Assembly (NCBI GenBank): GCA_029932605.1
Contig: JAOZPT010000020.1
Coordinates: 1-39,930, forward strand
DNA length: 39,930 bases
DNA from: Candidatus Zixiibacteriota bacterium
Lineage (GTDB): Bacteria; Zixibacteria; MSB-5A5; UBA10806; 4484-95
Direction of reading: 5' to 3'
In this document: piece by piece, positions 18,555-27,073 of the stretch
How positions within the stretch are numbered: the stretch's first letter is position 1
Layout of the letters: each line of letters starts with the position of its first letter
Translations under genes and position numbers: made by a program
The notes under the pieces: model-generated
Told to the model about the DNA's origin: nothing
What the model saw: only the letters and a program-made list of their open reading frames with translations
The model's database searches: none

Positions 18555-20099
18555 ATGAAAAAAGTATTTTTATGGGTCGATGATGAGATCGACCAGTTGA
18601 AAGCTCATATAATTTTTCTTGAAGAACGTGGTTATAAGGTCAACATTGCTACAAATGGTGATGATGCTATTGAGATGGTAAAAAAGCAGGATTTTGACCT
18701 CATTTTGCTTGATGAGATGATGCCCGGTCGTGATGGGCTTTCCACTCTTGTCGAGATAAAGGAGTTCAATCCTAATCTACCGGTGGTTATGGTGACCAAA
18801 TCGGAGGAAGAACGGTTAATGGACCAGGCCATCGGCCAGAAGATCGATGATTATTTAACAAAACCTATAAATCCCAGCCAGGTTCTTTCAGTCGCTAAAC
18901 GTATTCTTGAAAAAAAACACATTCTTGAAGAACACCTCACACGGGAGTTTGTTACCGAGTTCAATCGTATCAATTCGATATTAATGGGGCCGCTTGACTG
19001 GCAGGACTGGATAGATATACATGTGAAACTTTCGGAGATGGATCTTGCGGTGGAAAATTTCAAAGATATAGGTTTAAAACAATCACATCATGATCAGAAA
19101 CACCAGTGTAACGCCGAGTTTGCTCATTTTGTGGAAGATAATTACCTCGATTGGCTTAAGGGTGAAGGCCCTTTGTTGTCAGTGGATATTGTTAAAAATT
19201 TCTTAGTTCCCCATTTCAAAAGGAAAAGACAGGTGTTCTTCATAGTGATAGACTGTATGCGCTTTGACCAGTGGCTTATGATAGAACCGTTACTAGCGGA
19301 ATATTACAATATAAAACGGGATTATTATTATTCTATCATTCCGACTGCTACTCCATTTTCACGCAATGCCATATTTTCGGGAGAATTTCCCGACAAGGTC
19401 GCCGAATTATATCCCGAACTGTGGAAATTTAATGTTTCGGATTACAGCCGTAATCGCAACGAACGACAACTACTCGACCGCCAGTTGAAAAAGTTAGGAG
19501 TTAAGCTTGAGGGAGAAGCCAAGTACATAAAAATCCTTGACCTTGAAGAGGGACAGAACCTGACTAAAAAGATAAAATCGTATTCTGGAACCCCGCTTAT
19601 CTCCGCAGTTTACAATTTCGTTGATATTCTTTCCCATGGTCGAAGTGAATCGGAGATACTCCAGGAAATAGCTCCCAACGAAGCCGCTTTCAGATCGCTC
19701 ATGAAATCGTGGTTTTCACATTCACACCTGTTTGAGATGTTGAGGAATCTTTCCGATTGGGATTGCACAATTGTTATAACCACCGACCATGGCTCGGTGC
19801 TTGGAACCCGCGGGGCTATTGTTTATGGCAAGCGTGAAACGTCGTCCAACCTGCGATATAAGTATGGCGATAATCTCAATTGCAATCCTAAGCAAACGTT
19901 TTTTATCAAAAACCCGAAGGATTACCGTTTGCCGGTATGGAGTCTGGCCACAACATATTTAATAGCACGTGAGGATTATTACTTTGTTTATCCAACCAAT
20001 TATTCTGAGTATCGCAGGCAGTATAAAAACAGTTTCCAGCATGGCGGTATCTCCATGGATGAGATGATTCTTCCCGTAGTAACTCTCCAACCTAAATAA
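18555..20099 (+). CDS. porX: PorX-family response regulator (REC + PglZ alkaline-phosphatase-fold domain, no DNA-binding domain)
   Basis: REC domain: WVDDE, phosphoacceptor D53 in LLDEMMPG, VTK, TKP. PglZ domain: VIDCMRFDQW, IPTATPFSRNAIFSG, NFVDILSH, TTDHG, FQHGG. Followed by tsaE. Confidence 0.85.
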   Translation: MKKVFLWVDDEIDQLKAHIIFLEERGYKVNIATNGDDAIEMVKKQDFDLILLDEMMPGRDGLSTLVEIKEFNPNLPVVMVTKSEEERLMDQAIGQKIDDYLTKPINPSQVLSVAKRILEKKHILEEHLTREFVTEFNRINSILMGPLDWQDWIDIHVKLSEMDLAVENFKDIGLKQSHHDQKHQCNAEFAHFVEDNYLDWLKGEGPLLSVDIVKNFLVPHFKRKRQVFFIVIDCMRFDQWLMIEPLLAEYYNIKRDYYYSIIPTATPFSRNAIFSGEFPDKVAELYPELWKFNVSDYSRNRNERQLLDRQLKKLGVKLEGEAKYIKILDLEEGQNLTKKIKSYSGTPLISAVYNFVDILSHGRSESEILQEIAPNEAAFRSLMKSWFSHSHLFEMLRNLSDWDCTIVITTDHGSVLGTRGAIVYGKRETSSNLRYKYGDNLNCNPKQTFFIKNPKDYRLPVWSLATTYLIAREDYYFVYPTNYSEYRRQYKNSFQHGGISMDEMILPVVTLQPK

Positions 20100-20108
20100 A
20101 AATAAGCC

Positions 20109-20561
20109 ATGACCAGCTACGAAGCCCTTTTTAATGATTCCACATTGATAACCCGCTCTGAGAATCAGATGGAGGATATTGGCCGGGACTTCGCCATCGG
20201 TTTGAGAGCCGGTGATTTCTTGGCTTTGTATGGCTCGCTGGGTTCTGGCAAGACTGTTTTTACAAGGGGGGTTTGCCGAGGATTGGGATGCAGGCTTGAG
20301 GTTCATAGCCCGACCTTTAATATCATAAATTTCTACCCAGGTGATATTGAGGTTGCTCATGTTGACCTTTTCAGGATTGATAGCGGACTCCATGAATTGG
20401 GTTGGGATGAGCTTATCGATTCTGATAGGGTAATAGTGGTTGAGTGGGCAGAAAAAGCGAAAAATGATTTGCCATCAAAACGTTTTGATATTTTCTTTAA
20501 CATTATTGATGTTAAAACGAGGGAGGTCAGGATAAAGAGGTTGAATGGTCTTGGGGATTGA
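20109..20561 (+). CDS. tsaE: tRNA threonylcarbamoyladenosine biosynthesis ATPase TsaE
   Basis: Walker A GSLGSGKT, SPTF, HVDLFR and VEWAE. Confidence 0.95.
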   Translation: MTSYEALFNDSTLITRSENQMEDIGRDFAIGLRAGDFLALYGSLGSGKTVFTRGVCRGLGCRLEVHSPTFNIINFYPGDIEVAHVDLFRIDSGLHELGWDELIDSDRVIVVEWAEKAKNDLPSKRFDIFFNIIDVKTREVRIKRLNGLGD

Positions 20562-21192
20562 CACATCAGGTGAAAATTTAGGCTTAGCCATTTGCCAGGA
20601 TGGGGATATAATGTTTTCTTCTTTGAGCAGACCGGGTTTGAGACATGGTGAAATCATTCAAAAGGTTACTAAGGATTTTCTTCTTAAAAACAGGATAAGT
20701 TTTAACGATTTGAGTGGTGTTTCAGTGACGATCGGTCCGGGGTCATTTACCGGTTTGCGGATTGGCCTGAGTGCAGCCAAGGGGTATTCATATTCGTTGG
20801 GAATTCCTTTGGCTGGAGTTTCTACGCTTTTAGCGGGGGCTTATGCCTTTGCCAACCTTGACAAGAGGGTTTTTGTTGTAATCGATGCTAAAAGAAAAGA
20901 GTATTATTGGGCGATCTTCGATTGTTCGGATGAATATCCTAAAAGGCTTTCTCGGGATTCTGTTGGTTCGATAGCTGATTTAAAAGAAATGGTTTCGGAT
21001 GATATCATTTTTTTCGGACCCTCTCACATTGAGAAATTGTTTTTATCTGAATTCGAAGGTTGTGAATATCGTGTTAGCGACAATTTCAACCTGGCTGATA
21101 CCGCGTCATACCTGGGGGAGCAGGATATTAAAAACCGAAGGAATATTGATGCTGCGGTTGTTGTTCCGTTCTATTTGAGATCTCGATTTTAG
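20545..21192 (+). CDS. tsaB: tRNA t6A biosynthesis protein TsaB
   Basis: LGIDTS, GPGSFTGLRIG, IDAKRKE and a C-terminal PFYLR. Confidence 0.95.
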   Translation: MVLGIDTSGENLGLAICQDGDIMFSSLSRPGLRHGEIIQKVTKDFLLKNRISFNDLSGVSVTIGPGSFTGLRIGLSAAKGYSYSLGIPLAGVSTLLAGAYAFANLDKRVFVVIDAKRKEYYWAIFDCSDEYPKRLSRDSVGSIADLKEMVSDDIIFFGPSHIEKLFLSEFEGCEYRVSDNFNLADTASYLGEQDIKNRRNIDAAVVVPFYLRSRF

Positions 21193-21210
21193 TTTTAACC
21201 TTGAATTGTT

Positions 21211-21654
21211 ATGGATATTAAAATAACGAGAATGACTGGTGAAGATGTTGATGAAATCCACAGGATCGAATCAAAAGTTTTCTCAGAACCATGGTCAAAG
21301 ATGGCATTTTTGTCGGATATAAGTAATGATTTCGCCATTCCTTTGGTGGCTCGTTTTGAGAAAAAGATTGCTGGTTATGCATGTCTTTATAAGGCCGTCA
21401 ATGAAATCCAGATAGGTAACCTGGCAGTTTCGCCTGATTTTCATCAAAGGGGAATTGGGACGAAGATAATGGATTATATAATCGATCTTGCTGCTAAACA
21501 GAAGGTCAAAGTATTGATACTTGAAGTTAGGCAATCCAATGAAGCAGCAAGAAAGCTTTATTTGAAATTTGGTTTTAGGGTAGCTGGCAAACGTAAATAT
21601 TATTACCATAAACCCCGTGAGGATGCACTGATTATGATACGTGAGGTTGATTGA
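21211..21654 (+). CDS. rimI: Ribosomal protein S18-alanine N-acetyltransferase (GNAT)
   Basis: FSEPWS, NLAVSPDFHQRGIG, LEVRQSNEAARKLY and RKYYY...EDALIM. Follows tsaE-tsaB. Confidence 0.93.
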   Translation: MDIKITRMTGEDVDEIHRIESKVFSEPWSKMAFLSDISNDFAIPLVARFEKKIAGYACLYKAVNEIQIGNLAVSPDFHQRGIGTKIMDYIIDLAAKQKVKVLILEVRQSNEAARKLYLKFGFRVAGKRKYYYHKPREDALIMIREVD

Positions 21655-22499
21655 TGGCGTGGTTTCGCAAGAAATCCAGGGATTTATCAGGAGGTGAGAA
21701 AAGAGAAATCCCTGATGGTGTCTGGACGAAGTGCAAGGGATGTGGTGAAATAATTACCTCTATATCGCTTAAAAAGAATTTCTGGACCTGTCCTAAGTGC
21801 AATTACCATTTTCGCATAGGAAGTCGTGACTACGTAATACTTCTTCTTGACGATGAAAGTCTTGATGAGTATGACGGTAATCTTGTCTCGGCAGACCCGC
21901 TTGGATTTAAAGACTCCAGGAAATATACGGATAGGGTTGCCGATGCACGTAAAAAGACAGGTTTGAACGATGCTGTGATTGCTGGTATCGGTAAAATAGA
22001 TGGGCATGTCGTTTCGTTTGCGGCCATGGATTTTAATTTTATAGGCGGTTCAATGGGTTCGGTGGTTGGCGAAAAAATCGCTCGGGCAATCGAACGCTCC
22101 ATTAAAAGAGAGGTTCCTCTTATTATCATCTCCTGTTCTGGTGGTGCGAGGATGATGGAGGGAATATTGTCATTAATGCAAATGGCGAAAACTTCTGCCT
22201 TATTAGCGAAACTACATAAAATGAGAATACCCTATATATCGGTTTTAACTAATCCGACTACTGCCGGTGTAATGGCGTCTTATGCCTCATTGGGGGATGT
22301 CATTATCGCCGAACCACAGGCGCTTTTAGGGTTTGCCGGACCACGGGTTATCGCTCAGACCATTGGTGGTGAACTTCCGCCAGGCTTTCAATCATCAGAG
22401 TTTTTTTTGGAGCATGGATTTTTGGATGCTATCGTTAACAGGTCAGAGCTGAAGAAAACTTTATCACTTTTGTTGGGTTATATGCGGGTTCCCAAATAG
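21654..22499 (+). CDS. accD: Acetyl-CoA carboxylase carboxyltransferase beta subunit
   Basis: Zn ribbon WTKCKGC...CPKC, GGSMGSVVGEK, SGGARMMEG, PTTAGV, GFAGPRVI and FQSSEF. The ATG overlaps the rimI stop (TGATG). Confidence 0.97.
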   Translation: MAWFRKKSRDLSGGEKREIPDGVWTKCKGCGEIITSISLKKNFWTCPKCNYHFRIGSRDYVILLLDDESLDEYDGNLVSADPLGFKDSRKYTDRVADARKKTGLNDAVIAGIGKIDGHVVSFAAMDFNFIGGSMGSVVGEKIARAIERSIKREVPLIIISCSGGARMMEGILSLMQMAKTSALLAKLHKMRIPYISVLTNPTTAGVMASYASLGDVIIAEPQALLGFAGPRVIAQTIGGELPPGFQSSEFFLEHGFLDAIVNRSELKKTLSLLLGYMRVPK

Positions 22500-22501
22500 T
22501 T

Positions 22502-23779
22502 ATGGAATATAAAGACGTATCGGAGTATTTGCTAAGGCTTGAGAAATTTGGGATGAAGCTGGGGCTTGATAATATTAACCAGCTACTTTCTCATTTAGGT
22601 AATCCTCATCAGGCTTATCCGTTAATACATATTGCCGGCACCAATGGCAAAGGCAGTACCGGTGCCATTTTAGAGAGCATACTTGCCAATTCCGGTTACC
22701 GGGTTGGTCTGTACACATCGCCTCACCTGGTAGATTTCAGGGAGCGGATCAGGATCAATGCTCGTTATATCGATCAGAAATATATCACTGATTTTTTTGA
22801 ATCTAACATTGGCAAGTTTGATGATATAAATCCCACATTTTTCGAGGTCGTAACGGCTTTGGCTTTCACTTATTTCCGTGATGAGAAAGTTGATCTGGTG
22901 GTAGCCGAGACCGGTTTGGGTGGACGTTTCGATGCTACCAATATCATTAATCCTGTGACCTCGGTAATAACCAATATCGACGAAGAACATGTACAGCATC
23001 TGGGAGATAATGTTAGCCAGATAGCTTTTGAAAAAGCTGGCATTATTAAAAATGGTATACCGGTAGTTACGGCAACACATCATGTGGATGCCCAGCGAGT
23101 TTTAAGGCAGGTATGCAAGCAGAGGAAAGCCAAGCTCATATCTATTTTTGATGAAACACAATGGGTGATAAAGGATATTAATGAGCGGAAAACCGAGCTT
23201 GATGTTTTCACCCGTTCTCAGAAATATTATAACCTGCGTCTTTCTCTTGCCGGACGCCATCAACTTGAAAATGCGATTTGCAGTCTTATTGCCGCCGAAT
23301 TAGTTGAGGAAAAGGGAATAAAGGTGACAACCACCGGTGTATCCACAGGTTTTAGAAGTGTCAAGTGGCCTGGACGTTTACAGCGGATATCTACCAAGCC
23401 GGAGGTTATTTTGGATGTTTGTCATAACCCGGCGGCGATGAGAACCATACATGAATATTTCTCAGAATTCTATAAAAATCGGCATTTAGTGGCTGTTTTT
23501 GGTATACTTTCAGATAAAGATTCTACGCGTATGCTTCAGGACCTTGTCAGGTTTGCTGATGTAATAATTCTTACGAAACCAATGACAGATAGAGCAGCTG
23601 ACCCTGAGGTTTTGGCGCGTGAGGTTGCCCGCATCCAATCTAATTTCCAGGTGATACCTTTTGTAAGAGATGCTTATCTAGCGGCAATTGATCATGCCAA
23701 ACATGAGGATGTTGTGCTGGTTACCGGTTCACATTATACGGTTGGCGAGGTCATGGCATATACGGGTGGCAGGACATAG
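22502..23779 (+). CDS. folC: Bifunctional folylpolyglutamate synthase/dihydrofolate synthase
   Basis: IHIAGTNGKGS, YTSPHL, ETGLGGRFDATN, EKAGIIK, WPGR, DVCHNP and TGSHY. accD-folC synteny. Confidence 0.97.
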   Translation: MEYKDVSEYLLRLEKFGMKLGLDNINQLLSHLGNPHQAYPLIHIAGTNGKGSTGAILESILANSGYRVGLYTSPHLVDFRERIRINARYIDQKYITDFFESNIGKFDDINPTFFEVVTALAFTYFRDEKVDLVVAETGLGGRFDATNIINPVTSVITNIDEEHVQHLGDNVSQIAFEKAGIIKNGIPVVTATHHVDAQRVLRQVCKQRKAKLISIFDETQWVIKDINERKTELDVFTRSQKYYNLRLSLAGRHQLENAICSLIAAELVEEKGIKVTTTGVSTGFRSVKWPGRLQRISTKPEVILDVCHNPAAMRTIHEYFSEFYKNRHLVAVFGILSDKDSTRMLQDLVRFADVIILTKPMTDRAADPEVLAREVARIQSNFQVIPFVRDAYLAAIDHAKHEDVVLVTGSHYTVGEVMAYTGGRT

Positions 23780-23866
23780 TAATATCTTTGTCAGATAGCT
23801 CTATCTTAACGCTGGAATAATGGAAGGCTGTTGGTTGTATTTAATTGATAGGGTATTTGAAAAACC

Positions 23867-25858
23867 ATGAAATTCGAACTTGTCTCAGATTATGAACCAA
23901 GCGGAGATCAGCCTAAAGCGATTGAGCGGTTGGTTAGGGGTTTTAAAGAAGGCAGGAGATTTCAAACTCTTCTGGGAGTTACCGGTTCGGGCAAAACCTT
24001 TACTATAGCTCATGTTATATCTCAATTGAATGTACCAACTCTGGTCATCTCGCACAATAAAACACTGGCGGCTCAGCTTTATGGAGAATTAAAAGGTTTT
24101 TTCCCTAAAAACGCCGTTGAATTTTTTATCAGTTACTATGATTATTATCAGCCCGAGGCCTATATACCTGCCTCCGATACTTATATTGAGAAAGACACCT
24201 CCATCAATGATGATATCGACCGCCTTCGTCTAAGGGCCACATCAGCGCTGTTGGAACGTGAGGATGTCATTATTGTGGCTTCAGTCTCCTGCATATATGG
24301 CCTGGGGTCACCTGAGGATTATAAAAACATGTTGATACTTCTGGAAAAAGGTAAAACCTATCCCCGGGACCGTCTTTTGCGAGATTTAATAAAGATTCAA
24401 TACAACAGGAATGATATCGATTTCTCGAGAGGAACTTTCAGGGTGCATGGTGATATTGTTGAAATTCATCCTGCCTATGATGATATTTGTGTTAGGGTTG
24501 ATTTCTTCGGTGATGCGATTGAGAGAATCGACTTGGTTAACTTAGTCGATGGCCATGTACAGGAGAGCAAGGTCAAACATACGGTTTACCCAGCCCGCCA
24601 TTTCGTGATTCAGCGACCCAGAATTTTAAAAGCTATCGAAAGCATCGAGGAGGAATTGGAGGAACGACTTGAATTTTTCAGAAAAAACGGCAAACTTCTT
24701 GAAGCCCAAAGGCTGGCCATGCGCACCAGGTACGATATTGAGATGCTTAAGGAAATAGGTTATTGTAATGGTATTGAAAATTATGCCCGTCACATTTCGG
24801 GGAGAGCACCGGGTCAAAAACCATATACGCTTTTTGATTTTTTCCCTAGTGAATATCTTTTGGTGGTTGATGAATCGCATCAGACAATTCCTCAGATAAG
24901 AGGTATGTATCGCGGTGACCGTTCTCGTAAAGAAACGCTTGTTGAATACGGTTTTCGCCTGCCATCGGCTCTTGATAATCGACCCTATTTTTTCGAGGAG
25001 TTTGAGGCTGAAATATACAACGGGATTTTCGTCTCGGCCACACCGGCTGAATATGAAATAGAGAAATCGAACGGAAGGATAATTGAACAGATTATCCGCC
25101 CCACCGGCCTTATCGACCCCAAAATTGAGGTCAGGCCGTTGGAGAATCAGGTGGATGACCTGATAGCCGAGATAAAACGGGTTACCTCTGAGAAAAGCAG
25201 GGTGCTGGTTACCACTCTGACAAAGAGGATGGCTGAGGACCTTTCGGATTACCTGGCCAATCTGGGTATCAGGGTACGTTACCTTCATTCCGAGATTGAT
25301 GCTATCGATCGTGTGGGGATATTACGTGATTTACGTCTCGCCCAGTTTGACGTTTTGGTGGGAATAAACCTTCTTCGAGAGGGTCTTGATTTGCCGGAAG
25401 TCTCATTGGTAGCCATTCTTGATGCCGACAAGGAGGGTTTTTTAAGGTCTGAGCGCTCGCTTATACAAACCGCCGGTAGAGCTGCACGTAATAATGCCGG
25501 CACTGTTATTCTGTATGCGGATGATATCACTGACTCCATGCGTAAAGCCATAAATGAAACCAATCGAAGGCGTCGTATCCAGATCGAATACAACAAAAAG
25601 CACGGTATTGAACCTAAGACCATTTACAAGTCGAAGGAGGAGATTTTAAAGACAACATCTTTTGCCGACAGCAGAACTGTTTTGCCTGAGAAGGCCGTAG
25701 AAGAAGAAATAGATGCTGTGGCAAGACTTGAATATGAGGATAGAATTGCCCAGTTGACGAGGATGATGAAAAAAGCTGCCAGGGAACTCGATTTTGAAAA
25801 GGCAGCCAGGTTAAGGGATGAAGTTTCAAGATTAAAAAAGACAATTAAAGGGAAATAA
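23867..25858 (+). CDS. uvrB: Excinuclease ABC subunit B
   Basis: [61 protein letters not shown] and a C-terminal UVR motif [11 protein letters not shown]. Confidence 0.99.
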   Translation: MKFELVSDYEPSGDQPKAIERLVRGFKEGRRFQTLLGVTGSGKTFTIAHVISQLNVPTLVISHNKTLAAQLYGELKGFFPKNAVEFFISYYDYYQPEAYIPASDTYIEKDTSINDDIDRLRLRATSALLEREDVIIVASVSCIYGLGSPEDYKNMLILLEKGKTYPRDRLLRDLIKIQYNRNDIDFSRGTFRVHGDIVEIHPAYDDICVRVDFFGDAIERIDLVNLVDGHVQESKVKHTVYPARHFVIQRPRILKAIESIEEELEERLEFFRKNGKLLEAQRLAMRTRYDIEMLKEIGYCNGIENYARHISGRAPGQKPYTLFDFFPSEYLLVVDESHQTIPQIRGMYRGDRSRKETLVEYGFRLPSALDNRPYFFEEFEAEIYNGIFVSATPAEYEIEKSNGRIIEQIIRPTGLIDPKIEVRPLENQVDDLIAEIKRVTSEKSRVLVTTLTKRMAEDLSDYLANLGIRVRYLHSEIDAIDRVGILRDLRLAQFDVLVGINLLREGLDLPEVSLVAILDADKEGFLRSERSLIQTAGRAARNNAGTVILYADDITDSMRKAINETNRRRRIQIEYNKKHGIEPKTIYKSKEEILKTTSFADSRTVLPEKAVEEEIDAVARLEYEDRIAQLTRMMKKAARELDFEKAARLRDEVSRLKKTIKGK

Positions 25859-26718
25859 TGAGATACATTATCTTCTTTACCGTTATAATCGCTATTTTTG
25901 CAACTGGCTGTGTCGGCGATAAGCCCTTATCGGAAATAGAAGCTACCGATGAGGAGGCGATTTATAATGTTATTCAAATCGATAATTATCGTCTGTCCAC
26001 ATTGGATCTGATAACCTCTGATACGGTGGAATTTATAATTAATCAAGATACACTAAGCACGTTATGCTGGCACTCGGTCGAGGAGACCGATGAAGATTTT
26101 TCAGTCGACATCTCTGATCATAAAGTTGATAGTCCAGTGGGTCCTGTTTATTCTGCAAGTGTTGAATATAGCAAGACATTCGTCGGCACTTTCGAGACGT
26201 TGAGATATAATGCAGAGATTGATAGTATGGAGAGCTTTCCTAAAGAATTTGTTTTAACCGGAACCAGAAGTGCGGTTTGCCAGCAGTGGGGAATAAGCAA
26301 TCAGGTCAGAAGGGGATGGATATTAATCTCAATCAGCGATGCAAGGTTTTCCACTCCCGGAGGAGGATATCACTTTCTGGATAGTTTGTGTTACGTCTCA
26401 TCCACAGATTCAATGGGAGTGTTTTCTTATGGTATCCGTAACCTTGAGGACCTTGTTCATTTTGAAACTGGTGAAGAGGTGACAATTCATTACCGATTGA
26501 TCGATGATGAAGATTTTCTATTTGTGTTTGTTCCTGTCAACGACTATGCATATCAACTGGCGGTTCCTCAGCCTGATTCATCGGGAGGCTTCAAGGTGGT
26601 TTTCGATATGCCAGCAAGAAGGATTTATGGACAGTTGCGGTTTCTGGTTATTAACGCTAAAGCTATTCTTAGTGATTACAGAGCATCGGGGTACAGCTAT
26701 AATTACAGTACACGCTAA
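25858..26718 (+). CDS. Hypothetical lipoprotein
   Basis: Signal peptide ending in a lipobox-like FATG|C (Cys18). Acidic, beta-rich mature part. The start overlaps the uvrB stop (TAATG). No family recognised. Confidence 0.75.
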   Translation: MRYIIFFTVIIAIFATGCVGDKPLSEIEATDEEAIYNVIQIDNYRLSTLDLITSDTVEFIINQDTLSTLCWHSVEETDEDFSVDISDHKVDSPVGPVYSASVEYSKTFVGTFETLRYNAEIDSMESFPKEFVLTGTRSAVCQQWGISNQVRRGWILISISDARFSTPGGGYHFLDSLCYVSSTDSMGVFSYGIRNLEDLVHFETGEEVTIHYRLIDDEDFLFVFVPVNDYAYQLAVPQPDSSGGFKVVFDMPARRIYGQLRFLVINAKAILSDYRASGYSYNYSTR

Positions 26719-26768
26719 TTTGATTGTTGTTTAAAGTATCCTGTCCTAAAAAATGATATTATAATATA

Positions 26769-26875
26769 GTCATTACGAATCTGCCGAAGCCGGATGAGGC
26801 AATCTCAACTCTTTGTGTATCAAGAGATTGTATAGACGTGTTTTGAGACTTCATCACCCTGTCTCTTGTAATGAC
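26769..26875. repeat. Nested palindromic intergenic element (REP/RPE-like, GTCATT...AATGAC type)
   Basis: Perfect terminal inverted repeat GTCATTAC (26769-26776) / GTAATGAC (26868-26875). Inner pairs GATGAGG (26793-26799) / CTTCATC (26849-26855; one G-U) and CAATCTC (26800-26806) / GAGATTG (26824-26830). Confidence 0.7.
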
Positions 26876-27023
26876 AAGTGAATGATTAATTTTTTTTAGA
26901 TGAAACATTAGGTTTTCAATAGATAAACGATAAAAAAGGTAACATCGGGTTAAAAAATGGTATTAATTCTATGCTGATTATTAGATATAGATTTTTAGGC
27001 AGTTAGTGCTATATTAAATGATG

Positions 27024-27052
27024 TTGACACTTTTAGCAGATGGTATTAAAAT
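27024..27052 (+). promoter_or_regulatory. Sigma70-type promoter for the ftsK operon
   Basis: Perfect TTGACA (27024-27029), 17-nt spacer, TAAAAT (27047-27052), about 20 nt upstream of the ftsK start. Confidence 0.7.
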
Positions 27053-27073
27053 TCAATCAAGGCTTTGGGAATT

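Noticed and set aside
18555..20099. PglZ domain as a sign of a BREX anti-phage system
   Set aside because: It is fused to a REC domain, and no brxC, pglX, brxL, brxA or brxB genes are nearby. The architecture is PorX.
24626..25288. 220-aa minus-strand ORF, plus other antisense ORFs such as 35236-35781, 13518-14036 and 6244-6678
   Set aside because: They lie opposite well-supported genes (uvrB, polA etc.) and show no recognisable motifs, so they are most likely shadow ORFs.
26719..27064. tRNA, CRISPR or IS element in the largest internal intergenic gap
   Set aside because: No cloverleaf or T-loop, no spaced direct repeats and no transposase. Only the palindromic element and a promoter are supported.
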